Assembly (NCBI GenBank): GCA_963749495.1
Contig: CAVVMW010000008.1
Coordinates: 288,001 to 352,000, forward strand
Length of the DNA: 64,000 bases
Direction: 5' to 3'
From: an uncultured bacterium
GTDB lineage: Bacteria > Verrucomicrobiota > Verrucomicrobiia > Limisphaerales > UBA8199
Shown here: positions 1-8,830 of the stretch, one piece after another
How positions within the stretch are numbered: the stretch's first letter is position 1
Layout of the letters: each line of letters starts with the position of its first letter
Translations under genes and position numbers: made by a program
The notes under the pieces: generated by a model
The model's database searches: none
What the model was told of the DNA's origin: nothing
What the model saw: the letters and a program-made list of their open reading frames with translations, nothing else

Positions 1-1229
1 GGGCCCTCGGGTGGCGCGTGTGCCCGAAGGTGGCCCGGCGCGTCTTCCCCGTCCATTCTGCCACTCTGCATTCCCCATTCGACACTCTGCATTCCCCATT
101 CTACACTCTGCATTCAGAAGACCTCCGCGACTGGACGGGCAGCAGCACCTTGATTGAGGCCTGCCCGGAATATGTGGGAGATTACCTCAGGGGCAACGAA
201 CGAGAGCAGCCCTACGCCGGGTGGCACTGGGGCAACCGCGGCGGGGTGAGCAGCGCTGCCATCGAGAAGCCCCACCGCAGCGGCTGGCGTCCCCTCCTGG
301 AGTGCGAATTCGACTTGGCCTACACGCCGCTCATGGAGCTGGACTACGGCCAAGGCCGGCTGATCGTTTGCACCCTGGACCTCGAAGACCACCTGGTCCA
401 GGATCCGGCGGCGAGGCGCATGGCCGGGCGCATCATGGATTACGCGCTCCAGTCCCCGCTCTCTCCACAGGTGAGCAAGGTCGTATATCTCGGCGGCGCA
501 GCGGGCACGGCATGGCTCGACAAGATTGGAGTGAGTTATCAGCCGTCGGCCACGCTGGACACTGGCGCCGGGCTGCTGCTCATCGGCCCGGATGCTACCC
601 TCGACACGACGGCGCTCACCGCCTGCCTGGAAAAAGGCGGCAAGGCGTTCTTTCTGCCGCGCTCACAGGCAGACGGCTGGCTCGGCGCCACATTCAAGCT
701 GGCTGCAGCCCGTTTCGCCGGGTCGCTTTCGGTGCCCGAGTGGCCCGAAGCCAGAGGCCTCAGCGCATCCGATCTTCGCTGGCGCTGTTACCTGGACACT
801 CCCCCCTGGGTCCTGAGCGCAGGCGTGGAGGTCGGGGCGGACGGCCTGATTGGCCGCAAAATCGTAGGAAAGGGCGTGGCTGTCTTCTGCCAGGTGGACC
901 CGGATTGTTTCCACGCGGACGAGAAGACCTATTTCCGCTACACGCGCTGGCGGGCCACCCGCGCCGTCGCCCAATTGCTGGCCAACCTGGGTGCCAGTTT
1001 CCCTGTGGACAGCCGGATATTCCATCCCCTCGAATTTGCGGGCAAACCGGGCTTCTCAGTGGCCCCGAACGGCGATCGGTCGGGGCCTCAAGCCACGGGC
1101 CCGCGAGTTGGCTTGGAAATGTCTCTGAGTCCCAAGCCGGAGGCTCGCCAGTCCCTCGGGTATTATTGCCCCGATTATCGCACCGATTTCCCTATGGGAG
1201 ATAATCCCTACCGCTACTATCGGTGGTAG
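1..1229 (+). CDS. C-terminal part of a large glycoside-hydrolase-like (GH2/beta-galactosidase-type) protein, 5' truncated by the window edge
   Basis: Long ORF ending ...DYRTDFPMGDNPYRYYRW*. Contains a class-I-GATase-like accessory stretch (PLMELDYGQGRLIVCTLDL). No catalytic motif is visible in the window. Confidence 0.45.
   Translation, partial: ALGWRVCPKVARRVFPVHSATLHSPFDTLHSPFYTLHSEDLRDWTGSSTLIEACPEYVGDYLRGNEREQPYAGWHWGNRGGVSSAAIEKPHRSGWRPLLECEFDLAYTPLMELDYGQGRLIVCTLDLEDHLVQDPAARRMAGRIMDYALQSPLSPQVSKVVYLGGAAGTAWLDKIGVSYQPSATLDTGAGLLLIGPDATLDTTALTACLEKGGKAFFLPRSQADGWLGATFKLAAARFAGSLSVPEWPEARGLSASDLRWRCYLDTPPWVLSAGVEVGADGLIGRKIVGKGVAVFCQVDPDCFHADEKTYFRYTRWRATRAVAQLLANLGASFPVDSRIFHPLEFAGKPGFSVAPNGDRSGPQATGPRVGLEMSLSPKPEARQSLGYYCPDYRTDFPMGDNPYRYYRW
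52..115 (+). repeat. In-frame 21-bp tandem repeat (about 3 units) inside the CDS
   Basis: ccattctgccactctgcattccccattcgacactctgcattccccattctacactctgcattc translates as HSATLHSPFDTLHSPFYTLHS. Confidence 0.85.
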
Positions 1230-1236
1230 GCGAAGT

Positions 1237-1494
1237 ATGCTCATCATCTCGATTTGGGCAGGGGGGGCGGGGGCGGGGGCGATGGCGGTTGCCAGGGTGT
1301 CGCGTAGGCTCAAGGCTCAAGGCTCAAGGCTCAAGGCTAAAGGGCCTTGGCGACAACGGCGGCCAGGGTGTCGCGCCAGCGGCAGAGCGCCGCAGGGTCG
1401 TGTGTGAACTCGGTCTTGCTGTTGAGCACCTCGGCGGGGACCTCCAGGCAGGCTTTGGCTTGCCCGAGCCAATCGGCCTGGGCGGAGCGCAAGT
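1237..1494 (-). pseudogene. Degenerate duplicate of the 3' end of the DUF4091-type gene (copy of 8824-9009)
   Basis: Near-identical DNA to 8824-9009, encoding ADWLGQAKACLEVPAEVL.SKTEFTHDPAAL..WRDTLAA. Interrupted by aggctca repeats. Confidence 0.9.
1306..1340 (+). repeat. Heptamer tandem repeat (AGGCTCA)4 plus AGGCTAA
   Basis: Read directly from the sequence. Confidence 0.95.
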
Positions 1495-1579
1495 GTCCGC
1501 CCCCACAACGCCACGAGGGACACCACAGCAACCCAACCCTGGTTCGCTCGACATCTGAATCAAAATGGACCAGGCAAGC

Positions 1580-1598
1580 GCTTGCCCCCTTTTTCTTT
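1580..1598. repeat. Left copy of a perfect 19-bp inverted repeat (partner at 6297-6315)
   Basis: gcttgccccctttttcttt versus aaagaaaaagggggcaagc. Confidence 0.85.
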
Positions 1599-1782
1599 TT
1601 GATGTGACCCCTCTTTGATGACCCCTTCTTGAGCTCGCTGGCGGCCAGTAGCCCAACGGCGGGGGACAAGCGCGCCATGGGTCAGGGTGGTCGCTCGCAA
1701 TCCCGCGTGTTGGTTCCAAGCCCGGCGTGCCTCGAGCCTCCAGCGGCAGGGTATGGTGTCGTCCACTCGGCTCGTGCCACGT

Positions 1783-1827
1783 TTGCTTCTTAATGCCCCA
1801 CCGATTCATTGACCCTGCGCGGCCGAG
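1783..1827. repeat. Imperfect 45-bp direct repeat, copy 1 (copy 2 at 6033-6077)
   Basis: ttgcttcttaatgccccaccgattcattgaccctgcgcggccgag versus ttgcttcttcgcgccccgcggattcattcgcggtgcgcggccgag. Confidence 0.8.
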
Positions 1828-1994
1828 TACGATGTATTCAGTTCCACGGTTTTTTTACTTTTGTCCTGCCCTGATCCTGGGACCTGTTTAAGCTCGGGCG
1901 CGGGCCAGGAAACTGCCGGTCCGGGCGGAAATTTGAGTAAGCTCCGAACAGGTTGGATGTCCGAAGCTTGGAATCTCTCGCCGAAGGTTCTGAA

Positions 1995-3515
1995 CTACTT
2001 CCTTTCCGGAGCGCTCCCCCCCTCGCCAAGCAGTGCGCTCATACCATAAAGGCTCCGGACGCCTCGCGACCCCTGCCGCAGAAGCCCTCCTGTTACAGGC
2101 TGATGCCCGGTCTTTTCGGCTCGGGCAAAGCGGACCGGAGAACCGTCTTGGCGCAGGGATTTTGAGGCAGCCTCGAGTATTTCCACAACCTCCATGCCCA
2201 ACCGCCCACCCGTGAGAGGACGGGTGCCATCGCGAATACAATCTAGGAAGTGCTCGCATTGCATTTTCGCTGGTTCAGCGTTTTTGATGTAGGGCGCGTA
2301 CATGTCGCCGTAATGATAGGCGTACTGGAACTCGGCGAAGGTGTCGTAGTGCGGCGGGCGCTCGACGCGGGCGTCAAAGATGCGGATCTTTTCGAGCGTC
2401 GAGACGTCGTCGTAAACGATCATTCGCCTGCTGCCGACAATCGTCATCTCGCGCACTTTCTTCGGGTCCAGCCAGCTACTGTGAACGATAGCCTCGCGGC
2501 TCTTGCTAAACGCCAGCCGCATGGCCGTCACATCCTCGATGCCCGGCGTGACGTGGGCGCCGCCGGTGCAATGGACACTCAGGGGCGATTCGCCAACAAT
2601 GTGTAGGATTATCGACAGGTCGTGCGGGGCGAGGTCCCAGGCAACATTGAAATCCTTTTGAAAGAGCCCCAGGTTCAACCGACGGGCGCACATGTAGCGC
2701 AGTTCCCCCAGGTCCCCCCAATCCAAGATCTCCTTGATCTTTCGCACGGCAGGAGAATAGAGAAAGGTATGTCCGACCATCAGCACAAGCCCTCTCCCTT
2801 CTGCGATATCTATTAATTCCCGACATTCTTCGGTAGAAGTGGCCATGGGCTTCTCGATGAACGTATGCTTGCCAGCCATTAAGCTCGCCTTCGCCATAGG
2901 GTAATGAAGCCGCAAGCCGGTTGCAACGACGACCGCGTCAAGAGGTTCCCGAGCCAACATGCGTTCAAAGTCCGTTTCGCATTCGACTTCAGGATACCGT
3001 TTCTTCAGGTGCAACAACCGTTCTCCGCTGCTATCGCAAATTACAGTGAGAGTGCAACCGTCAATCTCCGCGAAGTTCCTCACAAGGACCGGCCCCCAAT
3101 ATCCGCACCCCACCACCCCCAGCCTGACGTTTCCCAGCCTGACGTTTCGCGTTTTGCCTCTCTTGGGCGGCCGATCTACGATAGGGAGTCCGGATCCACC
3201 GGCAGCGTTCTTTGGTCGGCGTCTCTTGGAAGGCTGCTTTGCAGTCGGTGAGAACGAGACGTCAGCTCTGGTCAGATCGCGAACTGCTCGCTCGCCAAAA
3301 GTCGTAAGCACCAGGAGGTCCTGATCAGAGCGCAAGAGGTTATTCTGTATCAAACCGTCAAGCGCCGTGCGAGTCTGCAACTCCGGACCGAAATGCCGCT
3401 CGAAATCCTGCTCAGTGCGGCAGAGCCCAGTTGCAACCGACCACAGAACAAACAATTGACGCGGGTCGGCTCTGGCTTCGCCAATAATCCAGTCAACTCT
3501 ATCAAATCGACTCAC
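1995..3515 (-). CDS. Gfo/Idh/MocA family NAD-dependent oxidoreductase with a ~125-aa N-terminal extension (possible winged helix plus basic linker)
   Basis: Rossmann motif GVVGCGYWG, HTFIEKPMA, LMVGHTFLY, WDLAPHDLS. The N-terminal region (ALDGLIQNNLL...LVLTTFGE) looks wHTH-like. Confidence 0.85.
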   Translation of the reverse strand: MSRFDRVDWIIGEARADPRQLFVLWSVATGLCRTEQDFERHFGPELQTRTALDGLIQNNLLRSDQDLLVLTTFGERAVRDLTRADVSFSPTAKQPSKRRRPKNAAGGSGLPIVDRPPKRGKTRNVRLGNVRLGVVGCGYWGPVLVRNFAEIDGCTLTVICDSSGERLLHLKKRYPEVECETDFERMLAREPLDAVVVATGLRLHYPMAKASLMAGKHTFIEKPMATSTEECRELIDIAEGRGLVLMVGHTFLYSPAVRKIKEILDWGDLGELRYMCARRLNLGLFQKDFNVAWDLAPHDLSIILHIVGESPLSVHCTGGAHVTPGIEDVTAMRLAFSKSREAIVHSSWLDPKKVREMTIVGSRRMIVYDDVSTLEKIRIFDARVERPPHYDTFAEFQYAYHYGDMYAPYIKNAEPAKMQCEHFLDCIRDGTRPLTGGRLGMEVVEILEAASKSLRQDGSPVRFARAEKTGHQPVTGGLLRQGSRGVRSLYGMSALLGEGGSAPERK

Positions 3516-3872
3516 GTCCTTCCCTCCTATACATGTATTTTATTTGCCGGCGTGCCTCGGCCCTTTTAATGGCAGCCGACGCCAGATTGCATTCGATGAG
3601 GTCATTTTCCTCATACCAGTAAACTCCTCCGCAAGCGTCCTGAAGCAACCTCAGGACCCCAGATGCGCTGTAGCCGTCTTTGTACTTTTTCGGTACAAGC
3701 ACAAAGACCTTATCGATCACGTCTGGATGGTTGCCGAAGTCATGGGCCTCACCGAGCGCGCCTGGAGAGTCTTCCAACAGTATAAGGACGAGATCAACTG
3801 CTTTGGCCTGCGCGAACTCAATTGTTTTCTGGGCCAACATCCCTTTGGAGCCACTTGGGATATCTTCGCTAA

Positions 3873-5762
3873 GGGTTCAAGCAAAAATAAGTTGCGCCTT
3901 AAAGGCGGCGTAAGCACAATATCCAGAGGCGCACTTTCGCCGCTGAGGGTGGCGTAATCCCTCAAAACGCACTGTAAACACAGGGCCAATCACGCTCCCA
4001 CTCACCCAGCGCATTCCTTTGCAAAATGTGAATATGACGCTGGACACGGGCTCAAAAAGCGTCATATTCACATTATGAACGTCATTCGCTACCCCAGCGA
4101 CAGATTGGCCACGCTCCTGCGGGACCAAAAAGTCGCCACCATGCCCCAACTCAAAAGCGCCTTGGGCACCTCCGTCACCTTCACCGTCTTGCGCAAGTTG
4201 GCGTCCTTGGGATACCGCAGCAGCTACTCCCACAGCGGCACCTATTTTACGCTCGACTCCATCGCGCAATACGATGAACGAGGGCTGTGGTCCTATCACG
4301 GCATTCACTTTTCGCGGCACGGCACCTTGTTGAACACCGCGGCCACCCTGGTGACCAACGCGCCCGCCGGTTACTTCACCGACGAATTGGACGCGGTGGT
4401 GCAGGTGCCCACCAAGGATGCGTTGCGGCACTTGGTCCAACAGGATCGGCTCTACCGCGGGGAACTGGCGGGCCGCTACCTGTATTGCGCCCAGGAACGT
4501 CGGCGACGTCAGGAGCAATGGGCGGTGCGACAGGCGCAGCAACAGCCGGAGGACGATTTGCAGGCAGCCATTGTGCTCTTTTATAGTTTGCTGGACGAAC
4601 AGCAGCGGCGGCTTTACGCCGGGCTGGAGAGCTTGGAATGGGGTCATGGCGGGGATCAACGGATGGCCCAGTTGTTCGGGCTGGATGTGGACACCATTGC
4701 GCGGGGCCGGGTGGAGCTGCTGAGCGGCCAGGTGCTCCGAGAACGGGTGCGTCGGGCCGGTGCGGGGCGGCCGCGGGTCGAAAAAAAACACCCGAGATCC
4801 TGAGCCAACTGCGGCGGTTGCTGCGCGAGGACACCGCCGGCGATCCGACGGGACGGCGGGGCCTGTGGACCGGCCAGCATCTGGAGGACATCAGCGGTCA
4901 TTTGCAGCAGTTGGGCTTGTCGGTCTGTCCCAACACCGTGCGGCGGTTGCTGGGCGAGTTGGACTACGCCCTCCACGCCAACCGCAAGAGTCTGTCAGGT
5001 CCGCAGAGTCCGCACCGCGACTGCCAATTTCAATACATCCGCTACCAACGTGAGCAGTTCACCCACCAGGGGCTGCCCATCGTCAGTGTGGACACCAAGA
5101 AGAAGGAGTTGGTGGGTCGGTTCAAGAATCCTGGCCGGATATGGAGTCGGGAGCCGCTGCTGGTCAACGACCACGATTTTCCTTCGCTGGCCAGCGGCGT
5201 CGCCATTCCCCGCGGCCTCTATGATCTGCAGGCCAATCGGGGCTCAGTTTTGGTGGGCACTTCCCACGACACGCCGGAGTTCGCGGTCGATGCCATGGTT
5301 GACTGGTGGCGTGGCGAGGGGCGGCGACGTTATCCCCAGGCCGCGGAGTTGCTCATCCTGGCCGACAGCGGTGGCAGCAACGGCGCGCGCTGCCGGCTGT
5401 GGAAATACGCCCTGCAAGAAAAGTTGGTCGATCCTTACGCGCTGACAGTGACCGTCTGTCACTATCCCACTGGCGCCTCCAAGTGGAACCCGATCGAGCA
5501 CCGGGTCTTCAGCGAAGTGAGCAAGCACTGCGCGGGCCAGCCCTTCACCGATTATGCCACCATTGTGCGTCTGATTGGCGGAACGCGAACCCGGACCGGG
5601 TTGCGTGTCAAGTGCGCCTTGAGCGCCACACGCTACGCCACGAAGATCAAAGTCTCCGATAAGGCAATGGGCAGTCTGGACCTACTCGAACACAACGTTT
5701 TGCCCGAATGGAATTACACGCTCTTCCCGAGATTAAATCGGAATTAATTTTTGCACGGGCGC
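3873..5762 (+). mobile_element. ISAzo13-family insertion sequence, 1890 bp, with 3-bp TAA target duplication
   Basis: Imperfect terminal IRs gggttcaagcaaaaataa / taatttttgcacgggcgc. TAA at 3870-3872 and 5763-5765. Encodes a transposase. Confidence 0.92.
4075..5747 (+). CDS. ISAzo13-family DDE transposase in two ORFs (4075-4803 and ~4790-5747) joined by a -1 frameshift at an A8 run
   Basis: Motifs VSVDTKKKELVG, LILADSGGSNG, HYPTGASKWNPIEHR, EWNYTL. gaaaaaaaac lies at 4780-4789. Confidence 0.9.
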
Positions 5763-6032
5763 TAAGCATGGAATTGAACCCGAGGTCGAGCAAACGGTGA
5801 TGGATCTCTTTCCGTTTTTGGGCGACTGCTGTCGGCCTGTCCACGGAAGGTCCCCAAACCAGGACACTCAGGGAGGTCTTTGCTATTTTGGCCTGAAAGC
5901 TTTTATAAAGGCGTTCAAAGCGGTGTCTTTCTTTTTTCGCCTCGTGGGTCAGACCCTGGGCCAAACTGAATGATGGGGCCATAGATTCCGATAATTGCGA
6001 TCGCACTGGACAATCACTCAACTGATTGGGAC

Positions 6033-6077
6033 TTGCTTCTTCGCGCCCCGCGGATTCATTCGCGGTGCGCGGCCGAG
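6033..6077. repeat. Imperfect 45-bp direct repeat, copy 2
   Basis: Matches 1783-1827. Confidence 0.8.
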
Positions 6078-6296
6078 GGAACATTGCTGCTGGCTCCCGC
6101 CCATTGTGGCCAGATGCTACCCGACGGGGAGCACCGATGTCAAGCGGCAAGTTCCGCCGGTTTTGGGCCGGGTCGAACCGAGCGCGGAGCAAACCTGCTT
6201 CCAGGTGGCCGCAGTATCCGGAAACCGGCCGACGCCGCAACCCTGTGATCGCGGAGTGGCCGGTGCAAGCTGGTCAATGCGGCCGACAACCAAGAC

Positions 6297-6315
6297 AAAG
6301 AAAAAGGGGGCAAGC
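6297..6315. repeat. Right copy of the perfect 19-bp inverted repeat
   Basis: Exact reverse complement of 1580-1598. Confidence 0.85.
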
Positions 6316-6809
6316 CTTTACAGGGTTTATTTCTTGGCCTCTCCCGGGATCTCCTGGTAGTTTTTCATTGGCCGATCTTGTGGTCATGGCGCTGGATCCG
6401 CTTGTTTCCTCAGCAAAAGAGCGATCACGCGCCGTCTATTCGCGTGGGCTGGCGAGCGGCGGGGCCGAGCGTTCGAGCCCCTCGCTCGCGGCCCCGCCGG
6501 TCGCCACGCGTAACGGACTCGCCCAGCCCACGCGAATAGGCGCGCCCCAGGGCTCCCCAGGGGCTTCGGTCTCAAACCTTCGGAGCACCCGACGCGCAGG
6601 GATGTCGTTTTCAGCCAACAAAATACTGCCAGAAGATCCCGGGAGAACCATTTCTTGACAGGCTATGCGCGGTTTGGGAAGAGTCTTGCCCTGCCTCGCC
6701 AATTGCGCGTCCAATAGCTCGGTGCGATGTAACACATCATGAGCCGCCGAGGCCGGCGCCAGAGATCCGGGACGATGTTGACGGGCAGGATTTCCTTAGA
6801 GCGGCTTGC

Positions 6810-7245
6810 AGAATTAACCGCAAAGAACGCAGAGATCGCAGAGAAACACATTAATGCCTTCCGATCTCTGTGTTCTTTGGGTTCTTTGCGGTTAATTCTG
6901 CCAGCGGCTCTTAGGGTTCGTGCACGAGTTAATTCCGGTTTACTTCTCCGCAGGCTGGGCCAGAGCGCGGGAATGCCGCGCACTCCAGACGCTTCGCGAT
7001 GTCGGCCGCGCGTCCGTGCCTCGCGAAGCGTTTGGAGTGCGGCGTATCCCGCCGCTCTCGTGTTGCCGGCGAGCGCGAGGGTTTCGACCTGGCATCCTGG
7101 CTGCGCCGCGGGCGCCGGAGCCGGTTGCAGCGAGCGCCATCGCGCTTTCCGAATTGTGGATTGGTGGGCGCAGGACAGAATTCTTCGCTGCCGCCTAAAG
7201 GCGGCGTTCCGCAGCCAACCGGAACGCCGCCTTTAGGCGGCAGGA
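6810..7245. repeat. Cluster of three different REP-like palindromes
   Basis: aattaaccgcaaagaac...gttctttgcggttaatt; cgcactccagacgcttcgcg...cgcgaagcgtttggagtgcg; gccgcctaaaggcggcgttcc...ggaacgccgcctttaggcggc. Confidence 0.8.
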
Positions 7246-7344
7246 TGGGCGCTCGAAGAAATCGGTCGTGCGCCCGTGGATTGGCGTCGAGCTGGAATCC
7301 GCTTGATATGGGCCGACATTCCTGCAAATATGGGTTGCCATATT

Positions 7345-7590
7345 ATGAAAACGGCCATTGAAATAGCCGACGATCTTTTTGAGCGCGCCCAACGCGTTGC
7401 CCGAGAGGAGAAGACTACTTTTCGCTCCCTCGCGGAGCAAGGCTTGCGGCTGGTGTTGCGGCAAAAGCAGGAGAAGGCCAGGAAACTCCCGCCGCTGGTC
7501 ACGGTGCGTGGCCGCGGCTTGACCGACGAGTTCAAGAACGCCTCCTGGGAGAGAGTGCGGGATGAAATCTACCGGGAACGCGGCGCATGA
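7345..7590 (+). CDS. vapB: VapB-type ribbon-helix-helix antitoxin
   Basis: MKTAIEIADDLFERAQRVA...TFRSLAEQGLR. Overlaps the next PIN gene by ATGA. Confidence 0.8.
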   Translation: MKTAIEIADDLFERAQRVAREEKTTFRSLAEQGLRLVLRQKQEKARKLPPLVTVRGRGLTDEFKNASWERVRDEIYRERGA

Positions 7591-7757
7591 TTGCGGCGGA
7601 CACCAACCTGCTGGTTTACGCGCACCGCGAAGACAGCGAGTTTCACGCGGCGGCGAAAGAATCTCTTGATTGGCTGCGGTATCGGCCTTCGGCATGGGCT
7701 GTTCCGTGGCCGTGCATCCACGAGTTTATCAGCATCGCCACCCATCCCCGCATTTAG
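7587..7757 (+). pseudogene. vapC: Truncated VapC PIN-domain toxin (56 aa)
   Basis: MIAADTNLLVYAHREDSEFH...WPCIHEFISIATHPRI*. Only the N-terminal part of a PIN domain is present. Not in the supplied ORF track. Confidence 0.85.
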
Positions 7758-7763
7758 GGTTAA

Positions 7764-7813
7764 TGGTTGGGGCGGCGAGATTTGAACTCACGACCTTCTG
7801 AACCCCATTCAGA
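7764..7813 (-). tRNA. 3' half of tRNA-Pro(GGG), an att-site-like remnant and not a functional tRNA
   Basis: Minus strand reads tctga-atggggt-tcaga aggtc gtgag-ttcaaat-ctcgc cgccccaacca: anticodon arm, T arm and CCA. The D arm and 5' acceptor strand are absent. Confidence 0.85.
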
Positions 7814-7840
7814 GAAAAATAACGGCCTGCAGGCCACTTA

Positions 7841-8210
7841 GGGCTTGTGCAAAAATAAAGGCCGAGATTGAGGCGCGATTCTAACATTTCGAAACTCCGA
7901 TTGGCTTTAGACCCAGGTTCATAAGTAACCGGACGTGCCTTGCTCACTTGCTTCTCATCCCGGAGGGATGGCTGAGAATAGCCCAACGCTTCAGCGTTGG
8001 GTGGTGGGGCCGAGGCCGTCAAGTCCCGAAGGGACGGCTGAAATGTCGGGCCGCTCAGCCGTCCCTTCGGGACTGGACCCTTTTGGGGCACGCCAACCCA
8101 ATGCTAAAGCATTGGGCTATTCTCATGTGTCCCTCCGGGACAGCGATCCATCGGGACGCTTTGGCTGTGGGCGCCCACGGGGAAATCGGAATTAATTCTT
8201 GCACGGACTC
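7841..8210. mobile_element. 370-bp non-autonomous MITE with ISAzo13-like ends and TTA target duplication, carrying an internal REP-like element
   Basis: Ends gggcttgtgcaaaaataaa and aaatcggaattaattcttgcacggactc resemble the IS ends at 3873 and 5762. TTA at 7838-7840 and 8211-8213. Confidence 0.8.
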
Positions 8211-8276
8211 TTAGCTGAAAATCTTGGTTCTTAACTCTCTTCTATACAACGGCTTACAGAAAACTGCATCTGGGTA

Positions 8277-8303
8277 TTGACAAAAAGGTATCACGTGATA
8301 CCT
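8277..8303 (+). promoter_or_regulatory. TTGACA -35 box followed by a perfect 18-bp palindromic operator
   Basis: ttgaca at 8277-8282; aggtatcacgtgatacct at 8286-8303; ATG at 8311. Confidence 0.7.
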
Positions 8304-8310
8304 CCTCACT

Positions 8311-8782
8311 ATGAAGAATTTCAAAGACAGATTAGAGCGCATCGAAGTCGAGGAACCGCTCCACATCCCGACCATTGACGGGACTGGCATCGCTGAAACC
8401 CATCAAGGTCAAAGTGCCGGCCTGGCGCGATCCGAAAGACGGCGAGGTCTATCTCGACACAGAAGCCACCGCGCTCCTCGACAAAGCCAAGGCCCGCTAC
8501 ATGGGCCTTCTCACCCCTGAACAAATCAGGGCACTCCGCGAGCGGCTGGGGCTCACCCAAAAGCAAATCTCCGAACTCCTCCAGATCGGCGACAAAACCT
8601 GGACCCGCTGGGAGACAGGTCGGGAGCGCCCCTTCCGCTCCATAAACGTTCTCCTCTACGCACTGAGCGACGGCAAGATTGACCTCACCTACCTACGCTC
8701 GCTCGCGCAACGCCGCAACGACTGGGGCAGGGCCATTATTTCAATTCCGCGCCGGTCCGCGGGCGCCACGTCACCGGCGTGA
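8311..8782 (+). CDS. MqsA-like XRE/HTH antitoxin or regulator, frameshifted near 8400
   Basis: LLTPEQIRALRERLGLTQKQISELLQIGDKTWTRWETG. ORFs 8311-8520 and 8375-8782 join at a C run. Confidence 0.75.
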
Positions 8783-8830
8783 CCATCCTGGGACCGGGCG
8801 CATTGACATCGTGCGGACCAAACATGCTCA

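Larger units (their letters stand above)
3502..5982 (-). pseudogene. Nucleoside-2-deoxyribosyltransferase (NDT)-fold, retron-effector-like gene (195 aa when reconstituted), split by the ISAzo13 element
   Basis: Joining 5982-5763 to 3869-3502 restores one ORF: MAPSFS...VLVWGPS...LLDLGFNSML|SEDIPSG...IEFAQAKAVDLVLILLEDSPGALGEAHDF. Confidence 0.7.

Noticed and set aside
1995..5982. Complete retron system
   Set aside because: An effector-like gene is present, but no reverse transcriptase or recognisable msr/msd.
1783..6077. Integron with attC sites
   Set aside because: No integron integrase, and the 45-bp repeats lack clear RYYYAAC...GTTRRRY boxes.
7764..7813. Functional tRNA gene
   Set aside because: The D arm and 5' acceptor strand are missing.
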